A stretch of 64,000 nucleotides of DNA from assembly GCA_019058365.1 (NCBI GenBank), contig JAHPZE010000004.1, positions 230,469-294,468 of the forward strand, written 5' to 3'. The notes beneath the pieces were generated by a model. That model was given only the letters and a program-made list of their open reading frames with translations, was not told the DNA's origin and searched no databases. Origin of the DNA: Promethearchaeota archaeon. Its GTDB lineage: Archaea; Asgardarchaeota; Lokiarchaeia; Sigyniarchaeales; SOKP01. Below are positions 9,256 through 19,112 of this stretch, one piece after another (the first letter of the stretch is position 1; the number at the start of each line of letters is the position of its first letter). Both the position numbers and the translations under genes were made by a program.

Positions 9256-11481
9256 ATGAGTGGGATAACTCGGGAGTATAGGGCAGAAGGAATAAAAGTA
9301 AGGATAAAAGATGCTTATAAAGGAGATGCTGGTAGAGGAAGAATAAGAATAGATCCAGAAGTAATTGATAACCTTAACCTTAGAACTGGTGATGTTATTG
9401 AAATCTCCCATAATGCAGCGGGTAAGAAAACTGCTGCTTTACTATATCCAGGAAAACTAGAAGATGCAGGTACAAATACAATCAGGATAGATTCTTCATT
9501 GAGAAGGAATATTGGTGCTTCTCTAGATGATATAGTAGAAATTCGAAAAATAGATGCTAGTTTAGCCGATAGGATTACATTTGCTGGGTTAGAAGAGTCT
9601 GTTATTCTTAGGAGATCTGATCAATTGGTACGAATGTTAGAAAATCGTGTTATCACTAAAGGGGATATTCTCAGTTTTAATGCGATGGGTCGAAGGATTG
9701 ATTTTATAGTTATAGATTTTAATCCTAAAGCTGCGGCTGTTAGGATTCATTTAGATACTAAAATTACGATCTCAGAAAAAACAAATAAAGAGCTTGAAGA
9801 ATTAGAGGCAAGGAGAGTTACTTATGAAGATATTGGGGGTTTAGAAGAAGAGATCCAGAAGATTCGGGAAATGATTGAATTACCAATAAGACATCCCGAA
9901 TTATTTAAAAGAATAGGTATTGACCCTCCTAAAGGGGTTTTACTGCATGGGCCTCCAGGTACGGGTAAGACCTTGCTTGCAAGAGCTGTTGCGTATGAAA
10001 CTGAGGCACATTTTATAACAATCAGCGGACCTGAAATTATGAGCAAGTTCTATGGACAGAGTGAGGAAAACCTTCGTAAAGTATTTGAAGAAGCTAAAGA
10101 GATGGCACCCTCGATAATATTCATTGATGAATTGGATTCAATAGCTCCTAAGAGGGGTGAAGTCACTGGTGAAGTAGAAAGAAGAGTTGTTGCTCAATTA
10201 CTTTCATTATTAGATGGTTTAGAAGGGAGGGGTGAAACTATTGTTATAGGGGCAACAAATAGAGTGAATGATATAGATCCAGCACTTAGGCGTCCTGGAA
10301 GATTTGACCGAGAAATCGAGATTGGTGTCCCAGATACTGACGGTAGATATGAAATATTATTAATCCACACACGTGGAATGCCCTTATATGATGACGTAGA
10401 TCTGCGTCTTATGGCTGAAAAGACTCATGGGTTTGTCGGTGCGGATGTAGAAGCATTAGCAAAAGAAGCTGCAATGTTAGCAATTAGAGAGTTATTACCA
10501 AAAATTGATTTAGATAAACCAATTCCTCCTGAAATTTTAGCTGACCTTCTAATTAAGATGAAAAATTTTGAAACGGCTTTAAATAGTATCGAACCTTCGG
10601 CTCTGAGAGAAGTGTTAATTAGCCAACCTACTGAAACATGGGATGATATTGGAGGTTTAGAAGAAGCAAAACAACAATTAATGGAAATAATTGAATGGCC
10701 ATTAAAATATCCAGAATTATACAGACATTTAAATTCAAAACCACCTAATGGAATATTGCTCTTTGGACCTCCTGGAACGGGAAAAACTCTTTTAGCAAGA
10801 GCACTAGCTCATGAAAGTGAAGTTAATTTTATTTCAGTAAAAGGACCAGAGTTTCTTTCTAAATGGGTTGGTGAAAGTGAAAAGGCAGTAAGAGAAACAT
10901 TTCGAAAAGCAAGAGCAGCAGCTCCTTGTATTATATTTTTCGATGAAGTCGATGCAATAGCCGGTATGAGGGGTAGATTTGCTAGCTCCCAGGTAACAGA
11001 ACAAGTAGTCTCTCAGTTACTAACAGAAATGGATGGATTAGAAGGATTGAAAGATGTTATATTACTTGCTGCTACAAATCGACCAGATATGCTTGATCCT
11101 GCTTTATTACGTTCAGGGAGATTTGGAAGACATATTGATATACCGATGCCAGACAAAGATGCGCGTGTTGAGATATTTAAAATTCATCTTAAAAATAAGC
11201 CATTAGCTAAAGATGTAAGCATTGATCAACTATCACAAGATTTAGAAGGATATACAGGCGCTGATATTCAAGCAATCTGCGAAGAAGCAACACTCTTAAC
11301 TATTCGCAAGGCTATTAATGATACAAAAATCGACACAAAGAATGAAGATTCAGTTAAAGTAGTAAAAATTTCTAAAGCTGAATTTGAAATATCAATAGAA
11401 AAGGTAGTAAAGTCAGCCGATAAGGCTAAAAAATCCCATGAAACATATTCAAAAGAACCTTCAGAAGAATTATATCGATAA
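9256..11481 (+). CDS. cdc48: CDC48/VCP (VAT) AAA+ ATPase
   Basis: N-domain [10 protein letters not shown]; two AAA modules (GPPGTGKT; IIFIDE and IIFFDE; [12 protein letters not shown] and [10 protein letters not shown]); C-terminal LYR. Confidence 0.97.
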   Translation: MSGITREYRAEGIKVRIKDAYKGDAGRGRIRIDPEVIDNLNLRTGDVIEISHNAAGKKTAALLYPGKLEDAGTNTIRIDSSLRRNIGASLDDIVEIRKIDASLADRITFAGLEESVILRRSDQLVRMLENRVITKGDILSFNAMGRRIDFIVIDFNPKAAAVRIHLDTKITISEKTNKELEELEARRVTYEDIGGLEEEIQKIREMIELPIRHPELFKRIGIDPPKGVLLHGPPGTGKTLLARAVAYETEAHFITISGPEIMSKFYGQSEENLRKVFEEAKEMAPSIIFIDELDSIAPKRGEVTGEVERRVVAQLLSLLDGLEGRGETIVIGATNRVNDIDPALRRPGRFDREIEIGVPDTDGRYEILLIHTRGMPLYDDVDLRLMAEKTHGFVGADVEALAKEAAMLAIRELLPKIDLDKPIPPEILADLLIKMKNFETALNSIEPSALREVLISQPTETWDDIGGLEEAKQQLMEIIEWPLKYPELYRHLNSKPPNGILLFGPPGTGKTLLARALAHESEVNFISVKGPEFLSKWVGESEKAVRETFRKARAAAPCIIFFDEVDAIAGMRGRFASSQVTEQVVSQLLTEMDGLEGLKDVILLAATNRPDMLDPALLRSGRFGRHIDIPMPDKDARVEIFKIHLKNKPLAKDVSIDQLSQDLEGYTGADIQAICEEATLLTIRKAINDTKIDTKNEDSVKVVKISKAEFEISIEKVVKSADKAKKSHETYSKEPSEELYR

Positions 11482-11514
11482 TAAACATTTAAATAGAAAA
11501 CTAAAAAAAAAGGA

Positions 11515-12309
11515 GTGATTAAAATGGAATTAGAGGACCAAGAAGGAGGAGATGTTTTTCTTAGTATTGATAGCTTGTTTGAAATATTAGGAAATCCTAC
11601 AAGAAGAATGATTTTATCAAAGTTAGCAAAAGTTCCGTTAGGGGCTTCGGAATTGGCAGCCTCGTTCGGAAAAAAGATATCAAGACAAGCGATTCATAGC
11701 CAACTTAAAATGCTTACTGATTATGGGATAATTGAAAGCTTTGGTGAAGATCCAAGAAGTATTAAATATCGTATTAATAGTAATCTATCTTTAAGAATTG
11801 ATGTCACTCCAGATTATTTTAATATAAATTACAATATAGCGAAAATTAATAACGCTCGAGACAATTTGGAAATTAAAGACACGGGATGTCAAGTAGATTA
11901 TCAAAAAATTAGGAGCCCAGATAAGAAGCTCAGATTTTTAGCAGAAAAAATTAAGGAAATTGAACAAAGTATAGGCGGTTTAGAACAAGAGAGAACTGTG
12001 CTATTACATAATAAAGAATGTTTTATTATAGAATTAAAAAACATAATCAAAGACCAATATGAAGATGATCTTAAGACAAAAGAGCAACCCAATTTAGAGA
12101 AAGAGATTTTTTATACACTTTTTTATAATCCAATAAAATATTTCAAAAGAATAAACATTGATAAATTACTTGATGATATGTTCTTTTCAGAAATGGGACC
12201 GATTAGAAGGGATCAACATAAAGTATCCATTAGGCATCTACTTAGAGATTTGTCCAGTTTAATGGATGTCTTTCGTGAAGATGAGGATAATTGGTTTTTC
12301 GATATTTAA
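11515..12309 (+). CDS. ArsR-family winged-HTH regulator with coiled coil (Phr/HSR-like heat-shock regulator)
   Basis: LFEILGNPTRRMILSKL...SRQAIHSQLKML...YRI...SLRIDVTPDYF; third gene after hsp20-cdc48. Probable ATG at 11524. Confidence 0.8.
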   Translation: MIKMELEDQEGGDVFLSIDSLFEILGNPTRRMILSKLAKVPLGASELAASFGKKISRQAIHSQLKMLTDYGIIESFGEDPRSIKYRINSNLSLRIDVTPDYFNINYNIAKINNARDNLEIKDTGCQVDYQKIRSPDKKLRFLAEKIKEIEQSIGGLEQERTVLLHNKECFIIELKNIIKDQYEDDLKTKEQPNLEKEIFYTLFYNPIKYFKRINIDKLLDDMFFSEMGPIRRDQHKVSIRHLLRDLSSLMDVFREDEDNWFFDI

Positions 12310-12354
12310 AATAAAGTTTTTTTCGAAATTATTATCTAGTTTTAATGCTGAATT

Positions 12355-12852
12355 ATGAATCTACAAGATTTAAAAAAATTAATGCCTGATATATTTGAAC
12401 GAGTTAAAAAAGATGTAGAGATAGTCTATGGACGACATCGGGCTGGCTTAAGTCTTGGACTTGTGGAAATGGGTATTTATAGAGGGGGTTTTATAGGTGG
12501 AATGCATTTCACTCCAGGGACAGATATTGTTATGAATAAAACACCCCTTAAAATCATTTTAAAAGAACAACCTTATGAAATTGTATGGGCTTATACATAT
12601 CACATTCTTTTACATGAATATATTCATTCTTTGGGTGTTCTAGATGAACAACAATGTAGAAATATCACTCTAAGAATTAGTGAGGAAATTTTCAAGGAAA
12701 GCAACCACCCTGCTATAATTCTCGCAAAAAATGGTATTAGTACCTATTTTCCTAATTTGCCTTTAATTTATGCTCCTCCAGATCTTAAATCTGAGGTACA
12801 AATTGAATATATATATAATTTTGATCAAGAGAGTTATGATTATATCTCTTAA
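12355..12852 (+). CDS. Small HEXXH metallopeptidase-like protein
   Basis: ILLHEYIHSLG zincin motif. Confidence 0.65.
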   Translation: MNLQDLKKLMPDIFERVKKDVEIVYGRHRAGLSLGLVEMGIYRGGFIGGMHFTPGTDIVMNKTPLKIILKEQPYEIVWAYTYHILLHEYIHSLGVLDEQQCRNITLRISEEIFKESNHPAIILAKNGISTYFPNLPLIYAPPDLKSEVQIEYIYNFDQESYDYIS

Positions 12853-12917
12853 TTAAAATATAAAATGGTTTATAGGAAAATTCCTGTTATATCTGTAATT
12901 CATTTATGATATAACTT

Positions 12918-13280
12918 TTATGAATTCAAGCATTCATTAAGGGTATTTATTAATTTTTGATGTGTAAAAGGTTTATCCAAGAAACCCATTGCTCCATTAG
13001 CATAGACTTCTTCTTTAATAGTTTTGTCAGCACTTGCAAAAATAACTTTTGAATTATGATCAATTTGTAGAATTTCTTTTAAAGCATCTATCCCATTTTT
13101 AATAGGCATTCTATGATCTAAAATTATTATGTCGGGTTTTTTAGTAAAAAAGTTGAACATTCTTATTGCCTCCTCTCCATTATTAGCAATGCCTAAAACT
13201 TGAAAGCCCGCCATTCTTAATAAGAGTTCATATAGTCTTTGAAGATCTCTATCATCTTCAGCAATAAAAATTGTTTTTAT
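12918..13280 (-). CDS. Single-domain response regulator (CheY-like receiver)
   Basis: In-frame extension of the ORF-track entry adds KTIFIAEDDRDLQRLYELLLR before MAGF; also IILDHRMP, ASAD and DKPF. Start inferred at ATA 13280. Confidence 0.88.
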   Translation of the reverse strand: MKTIFIAEDDRDLQRLYELLLRMAGFQVLGIANNGEEAIRMFNFFTKKPDIIILDHRMPIKNGIDALKEILQIDHNSKVIFASADKTIKEEVYANGAMGFLDKPFTHQKLINTLNECLNS

Positions 13281-13671
13281 CCCTAATTCACCTTTTAGGA
13301 AACTAATCCTATTTAGAAAACTTCTGTTTTAGATAACTTTAAAATAGAAATTTTTTCTCAACAATCGTACAAACCAATTACAGAAATAATAGTATTTATG
13401 CTTTGACATTAAATAAAATTATCTTGAATCCTGGATTATATTATGAAAATATAAATATCAAGAGTATTTCAAAACCATTACCGTAAATTTTTTTTGTACT
13501 TCAATTTTACAAGAACTTAGAAAATAAGCTTTTATCTTTTACCCATTATATAAAGGATAATATAAAAAAATTCTATAATAATATGTAAATAAAAAAGAGG
13601 GCATAAAAATTACGCGAACATTATCTGATGATGAATCTGTTGATGGAAAAAAAGAATCTATTCAAAAAGAC

Positions 13672-14691
13672 ATGGACATATTACCTGAACAATTAGTACT
13701 TAAATGGAAGTTTCAAAATGTTGATAAAAAACTTATATATGATATAAAGCGTTGTATAGGATGCTCATTATGCAAAATTATTTGTCCTGTTGAGGCAATT
13801 GAGCTTGGACCAATTCCCGATATCGCTCAAGGAATATTAGATGATAGTAATCCAAAAATATTGATAGACCATGATAAATGCTGTTATTGCATGTTATGCG
13901 CAGTAGTCTGCCCAAATGATGCATTCCATGAAAATATTATTCCCGAAGAACAAATAGACCTTGAACAATTCCCATCAATTGGAAAGTTTTTCAAGATAGA
14001 TATGAAGAAATGTATTGAAGATTCTAAAAATGAAATATGCCAATTATGTTTAAAAGTTAGAGATAGAAACAATGTAAAGGAATACTTTAAAATTCAAAAG
14101 GAGTGCCCCGTCCAATGTTTTTCAATTGATTCTCCAATTAAAGGAGAAGTTATTATCAAAAAAAACATGCTACATAAATGTGATCCTCAAGGGTGTAAAG
14201 CTTGTGTCAATATCTGCCCAACTGAGTCTTTCTTTATTCCTGAAAGCGCTGAAGATGTGAAAAAATATGGAAAAATTGCTTGTAATGAAAATGAATGTTT
14301 TTATTGCGGAGCATGCGAAAATTCTTGTCCTGATGATTTGATAGTTGTTAATAGAAAGGAAGTTGTAATCATTGATCCTAAGAAGAAAGGAAATTATCCG
14401 TGGATACAGGGTTGGATAAAAAGTATAAAAGAAATTCTTAGAAAAGCGTTGATTCGCGGAAAAGGCAAAAAAAAAATCCCAGAAATTGAAGAAGAAGTCA
14501 AAAAATTACAAAAGAAAATTGAAGAAGAAATTCCACAATTATCAATGGAAGATAGAAAAAAATTGGATGAATTAAACCAGAAGATTCAAACTTTCCTCAG
14601 ATCTCCAAAAATCAGGTACTGGATAAAAGATAAGAAAGTTAATAAAGTAACAGAGGAATTAAGAAAAATCCTTTCTGAGCAAAAAAAGTGA
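13672..14691 (+). CDS. Polyferredoxin, multi-[4Fe-4S] (FwdF-like)
   Basis: Repeated CxxCxxCxxxCP-type motifs (CIGCSLCKIICP, CCYCMLCAVVCP, CKACVNICP, CFYCGACENSCP). Possible upstream ATT start at 13609. Confidence 0.85.
   Translation: MDILPEQLVLKWKFQNVDKKLIYDIKRCIGCSLCKIICPVEAIELGPIPDIAQGILDDSNPKILIDHDKCCYCMLCAVVCPNDAFHENIIPEEQIDLEQFPSIGKFFKIDMKKCIEDSKNEICQLCLKVRDRNNVKEYFKIQKECPVQCFSIDSPIKGEVIIKKNMLHKCDPQGCKACVNICPTESFFIPESAEDVKKYGKIACNENECFYCGACENSCPDDLIVVNRKEVVIIDPKKKGNYPWIQGWIKSIKEILRKALIRGKGKKKIPEIEEEVKKLQKKIEEEIPQLSMEDRKKLDELNQKIQTFLRSPKIRYWIKDKKVNKVTEELRKILSEQKK
14515..14625 (+). repeat. Direct repeat copy 1 (3' part of the polyferredoxin gene)
   Basis: 111 bp with 3 mismatches versus 15232-15342. 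Confidence 0.95.
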
Positions 14692-15221
14692 AAAAAAATT
14701 TATTAGCTAAAAAGAAACCAAGGATTCTAGTGTTTCTTCATGGAACCTGTATCATGCATAGGAATGCATTGGGGCTTTCAAGAGAGGAAGTAATACAACA
14801 AATTATAGATGATGTTGATGGATCAATATCTGATTTTGGTTCATACATTCCAATTGGTAATGTTGTTAAAAAATTAATTACATGGCAAAATCAAGGGGCT
14901 GAGATCTTGTATCTTAGTTCTCATTTATCTCTTGGAAATGTTAAAAAGGATGAGATAGTTTTAAAAAAATATGATTTTCCAAAAGGACCGATATTTTACC
15001 GAAAAGAAAAAAATTGGAATTTACCAATTGAAGAAGCTAAGCCAGATATACTAATTGAAGATGATTGTGAGAGCATCGGTGGTGAATATCAAATGACTTA
15101 TCCTAATCTTATATTAGAATTAAAATCTAAAATAATTTCAATTGTTATAAAAGAATTTAGCGGAATTGATGACCTTCCCGATGATATTGATGAATTAACG
15201 AAATTGAGTTCAATATCTTAA
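14688..15221 (+). CDS. HAD-superfamily-like hypothetical protein
   Basis: ILVFLHGT (degenerate DxDGT), ILYLSS, PDILIEDD; its start overlaps the upstream stop (GTGA). Confidence 0.6.
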   Translation: MKKNLLAKKKPRILVFLHGTCIMHRNALGLSREEVIQQIIDDVDGSISDFGSYIPIGNVVKKLITWQNQGAEILYLSSHLSLGNVKKDEIVLKKYDFPKGPIFYRKEKNWNLPIEEAKPDILIEDDCESIGGEYQMTYPNLILELKSKIISIVIKEFSGIDDLPDDIDELTKLSSIS

Positions 15222-15231
15222 CAATATACAT

Positions 15232-15342
15232 AAAATTGAAAAAGAAATTCCACAATTATCAAAGGAAGATAGAAAAAAATTGGATGAATTAAACCAGAAG
15301 ATTCAAACTTTCCTCAAATCTCCAAAAATCAGGTACTGGATA
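15232..15342 (+). repeat. Direct repeat copy 2: orphan polyferredoxin 3' end
   Basis: Encodes KIEKEIPQLSKEDRKKLDELNQKIQTFLKSPKIRYWI, followed by a diverged, frameshifted tail to about 15403. Confidence 0.95.
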
Positions 15343-15499
15343 GAGAAAAAAAACCCAAACTATCATAAGGGAACTTAATAAATTCTTAAGTAAGAAAAAA
15401 TAAGGAAAATAAATATCTCTTTCTTCAAAAATATCTTTGTTTAAATATGTAGTTATATAATTAAGGTAAATATCAAAATCAATATTGGAGTATTGTTAA

Positions 15500-15787
15500 A
15501 TGAAATTAATTTTAAAGGTTAAACCAAATAAGCAATCAAAAAATAACAAACTGATTGCTTGGATACAAAAAGACACAACCTTTAAAAATGATATTATTCA
15601 ACTGTTTAAACTCTTTAAAGATAATATTCATATATCTAAATTAAGTAAAATTTTAAGATATCATATTGTAACTTCCGAAAATCCAGCAATTATCTTAAAT
15701 CTATTTTCATCAATTCAAGAACTAATCCCTGAGGTTTACTTTAATAAAGAAGATTCAATAGAGATTGATGATATAATTGATATATAG
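15500..15787 (+). CDS. Hypothetical protein
   Basis: 95-aa ORF with GGAG SD upstream of the ATG. Confidence 0.65.
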   Translation: MKLILKVKPNKQSKNNKLIAWIQKDTTFKNDIIQLFKLFKDNIHISKLSKILRYHIVTSENPAIILNLFSSIQELIPEVYFNKEDSIEIDDIIDI

Positions 15788-15821
15788 ATATAATATTGAG
15801 GATAATTAAGAACACAAAAAA

Positions 15822-15923
15822 TGGGAGAGGGGGGATTTGAACCCCCGACCCCTTGGTCCCAAACCAAGATTCACGCTGTAGTGAAAGCCCCTACAGTATC
15901 ATACCAAGCTAGACTACCCTCCC
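15822..15923 (-). tRNA. tRNA-Pro(TGG) with a 28-nt intron at non-canonical position 25/26
   Basis: Acceptor stem GGGAGGG/CTCTCCC-A, anticodon arm CTTGG-TTTGGGA-CCAAG, T arm GGGGG-TTCAAAT-CCCCC. Removing 15870-15897 restores GGTATGATTCTTGG. No encoded CCA. Confidence 0.93.
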
Positions 15924-16150
15924 ATGTCAAACAGAATTCTCTTTTTAAAGATTTTACTTAACCTTAAGAGATGGGATAATTATTACACAACTTAATACAA
16001 AATCTAATTGTTATATAATACAAATAATAAAAATTAAAATATTTTTTCAATTTTTACTTAGACATGATAGAAATTAGTATCTGATTTTAAGGTTTTCATT
16101 TAACTTGATAGATTTTTAATTAAAATTACTCTAAAATTTCATAATCTAAA

Positions 16151-16726
16151 ATGAAGAAAATTATTGAATTGTTAAAAATTGGAGACTTGGAACAAACAAT
16201 TTTTGTGAAATTAAAAGACAACCTTGAAAATATATTTAATAGCTTTAATATCTCTATCAGTATATTTAAGGACGCAATTCAATTGGAGAAGGCAGAATAT
16301 AATTCAGAAAGAAGACAATATAATGCTAATAAAATTTTAAAAAGAATTATAAACCATACTAAAGATTTTCACGCTTTTCGAATATTGGGAGTAATGGATC
16401 AAGATATTTATTCAGAACCATTAAATTTTGTATTTGGTATTGCTATAAACCCAAAAAAAAGAATTTCAGGAGTTCCAGTTGTTGCCTTAATTTCAATCAC
16501 AAGACTCAGAGAAAAGTTTTATAGAAGACCTGAAAACAACGATTTTTTCGAATTAAGGATATTAAAAGAAGCCATTCATGAACTTGGGCACACATTTAGT
16601 TTAGAACATTGTAATAAATTTTGTATAATGCAATTTTCAAATACTCTAATGGATACAGATAAGAAACCGCCACAATTTTGTGAATCTTGCTTGAAAAAAT
16701 TAACAATTTTCTTTAAGAGCTTGTAA
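16151..16726 (+). CDS. amzA: Archaemetzincin (Zn metalloprotease)
   Basis: RRQYNA, DIYSEPLNFVFG, HELGHTFSLEHC, CIMQFS, FCESC. Confidence 0.92.
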   Translation: MKKIIELLKIGDLEQTIFVKLKDNLENIFNSFNISISIFKDAIQLEKAEYNSERRQYNANKILKRIINHTKDFHAFRILGVMDQDIYSEPLNFVFGIAINPKKRISGVPVVALISITRLREKFYRRPENNDFFELRILKEAIHELGHTFSLEHCNKFCIMQFSNTLMDTDKKPPQFCESCLKKLTIFFKSL

Positions 16727-16734
16727 CAACCTTT

Positions 16735-17736
16735 TCAATATTTTTCCTTAAAGCTAATGTAAAGATCCTCACTGATTTTCAAGATTTTTTTATCATTTTT
16801 AACTAATTTTTTTAAATCAGGAGAGATGTTTTGTATACCAAAATAAGCTCCCGCTAGACTTCCTCCTATTGCTCCAACAGTATCACTATCCCCTCCAGCT
16901 GTCGCAAGCTCGAAAATACACTCTTTGAATGAAGTTAGTCTTTTTAAAAAGATGAAAATTGCACAAACCACAGTACTTATGGTATATGGATGAACGAAAG
17001 CTTGACCTAAATAATCTTCGATAAAATATGGTGATTTAACTCCTGCTTGTGAAAATTTAATCAATCCTGATTCAATTGGTATATTTAATTTCGATTTCAA
17101 TTTATTCAAGATTTTAATGAATTCTTCCCATATTTCATCTTGAGTATTAGCAATTGAATTAGTAATAACTTCAAAAAATTCATCTATGGAAAAACCAGTT
17201 TCAGGATTTTTATCTATTAAAAATACAATAGCACTTGCTATAACTACTGCTCCCGCTGAAGCCGCTGGATGACTATGGGTAATAATACTGGATTTAATTG
17301 CAGTTGTTTTTAATGCTTTAGGATCTTTGCAGTAATATAAACCAACTGGGGCAATTCTCATAGTAGTACCGTTCCCCCCTGAATTTGAAGCAGCTTCCTT
17401 CCAAGGGACACCTAATTTTAATTTTCTGATTGAGGAGATACAACCATAACCCGGTCCAATAGGAGGATCATCTAACCAATTTATATATTCATCGAGAAAG
17501 TATTCGATTTTAAAACCATTGCCTTTAATTAGAGCTTCAGCAGTATGAAGAGTTAATTGTGTATCGTCTGTGTAGGTTCTAAATAGAGATTTATTCTTTT
17601 GAACAAACTCATCAAAATCATCAAAATAAGTATGTATTTGGGAACGAAGTTTCCCTTCAAAAGGATGCCCCAAGGTATCTCCTATTGCTACACCTAATAA
17701 ACAGCCTTGAAATTTGTCTAAAAGATTTATTTCCAT
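16735..17736 (-). CDS. ADP-ribosylglycohydrolase (DraG/ARH family)
   Basis: GCLLGVAIGDTLG, YTDDTQ, GNGTTMRIAP, SIITH, GGDSDTVGAIGGSLAGA. Confidence 0.93.
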   Translation of the reverse strand: MEINLLDKFQGCLLGVAIGDTLGHPFEGKLRSQIHTYFDDFDEFVQKNKSLFRTYTDDTQLTLHTAEALIKGNGFKIEYFLDEYINWLDDPPIGPGYGCISSIRKLKLGVPWKEAASNSGGNGTTMRIAPVGLYYCKDPKALKTTAIKSSIITHSHPAASAGAVVIASAIVFLIDKNPETGFSIDEFFEVITNSIANTQDEIWEEFIKILNKLKSKLNIPIESGLIKFSQAGVKSPYFIEDYLGQAFVHPYTISTVVCAIFIFLKRLTSFKECIFELATAGGDSDTVGAIGGSLAGAYFGIQNISPDLKKLVKNDKKILKISEDLYISFKEKY

Positions 17737-18099
17737 ATTATATCAATAATAAGTTAGAATTATAAAATTTCGCTCTACTAATTTTTGGGTATTTACAAAA
17801 TCCAGTGATAGCTAATTAAATTAAGATCACTTGCTCTTAATTGGGTTGCATGGTCACATACACTTATAGTCAGATATATAAATTTAAATATCTTTAACGT
17901 GTGAAATACTGAAATAATTATTTAGACAGGTCTATCTATTTCTTTTATCTACTCACATTTTCTGTAATAATTCTTTTCAGTTTTAAGTTTCTAAACTTAG
18001 ATTTTTCATTAATATTGTAAAAGAAGTTTTTTAAAACCCATATCTTCAATTGAAAAGCTGATTGTATTTAGGAAAAGCATCAAACTATAACTCTGATAA

Positions 18100-18372
18100 T
18101 TAAAATGAGGATACATTTAATATATGACTGAATCTGTTGATGGGATTGAGGCCTCTTTTTCTTTAAGATTATAAATTTTTGTTCTCTTTATAAAAGTACC
18201 AAAGAGCCCTCCAAATCCGCATATTATACTAAAACCAAAATAACTGACAACCATGATTAAAAATAAGAAAATTAGTGAAATGAATGAAAAATATTCAAAA
18301 AATCAATACAAATAAACCTATATAATTACGTCCTTTTGAAGTAGAGGGTGTTAATTCAATTGTCTCTTCCAT
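18100..18372 (-). pseudogene. Degenerate paralog of the 18387-19112 membrane protein
   Basis: ATG 18372 gives MEETIELTPSTSKGRNYIGLFVLIF, then a frameshift in a T6 run, then ISLIFLFLIMVVSYFGFSIICGFGGLFGTFIKRTKIYNLKEKEASIPSTDSVIY*, which aligns with the neighbour's ISQIFLFLIMAISCFGYSLICGFGGLFGTFIERTKLY... Confidence 0.8.
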
Positions 18373-18386
18373 TTTCAGTATTAATA

Positions 18387-19112
18387 TTAATTTTCTTTTA
18401 CTTTTTGCTTGATAATTTTTTTACATACAGGACATTGAAAAACCCCTGCTACTAAGGATTCCATCTCTATATCACATGCAGGACATTTTTCATATATAGC
18501 TGAAATGGTTGATGGGATTGAATCTGTTTCTTCTTTAGGAATATATAATTTTGTTCTCTCTATAAAAGTACCAAAAAGCCCTCCAAATCCGCATATTAAA
18601 CTATAACCAAAACAACTGATAGCCATGATTAAAAATAAGAAAATTTGAGAGATAAGGAAGAAATCTTGGTTAGACATTGATAACCAAATCATTAATGGAA
18701 ATAATGCAAAGGGGAGACATGGAATATATGCAGCTCTTCTGAAAGGAGTTAATCCTTTTTTCTTACTCTCCTCTATATAACCCCAGCTCAAAAATATTCC
18801 AACAAGTAAACATCCACTATAAATACTTTGAGATATAAGTGAAATCTCAAAATTAAACAAGACGAAAATAAAGCGAATAACAAATAGTATAAATAAGGTA
18901 TCGGCAGCACCCAAAAATCCTACTAAGAATCCTTCCTTTTTATTTTTAAGACCGATAGAGGTTATTAATCCTATAAAAAATGTTAAAACCATGAAGATTA
19001 GTAGGAAAATATAATTGATAATTTCAAACATATCTATTGAATTGAAAAACAATATAATTGGAAATAGTGATAATAAAAATGAATTTAAAGATATTCGATT
19101 ATATATCTCCAT
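18387..19112 (-). CDS. Multi-pass membrane protein with C-terminal zinc ribbon
   Basis: About 6 hydrophobic helices followed by CPAC-x12-CPVC. Confidence 0.75.
   Translation of the reverse strand: MEIYNRISLNSFLLSLFPIILFFNSIDMFEIINYIFLLIFMVLTFFIGLITSIGLKNKKEGFLVGFLGAADTLFILFVIRFIFVLFNFEISLISQSIYSGCLLVGIFLSWGYIEESKKKGLTPFRRAAYIPCLPFALFPLMIWLSMSNQDFFLISQIFLFLIMAISCFGYSLICGFGGLFGTFIERTKLYIPKEETDSIPSTISAIYEKCPACDIEMESLVAGVFQCPVCKKIIKQKVKEN

Noticed and set aside
15822-15860. tRNA-Pro 3' end as an integration (att) site
   Set aside because: I saw no second copy of the tRNA 3' end and no integrase in the window.
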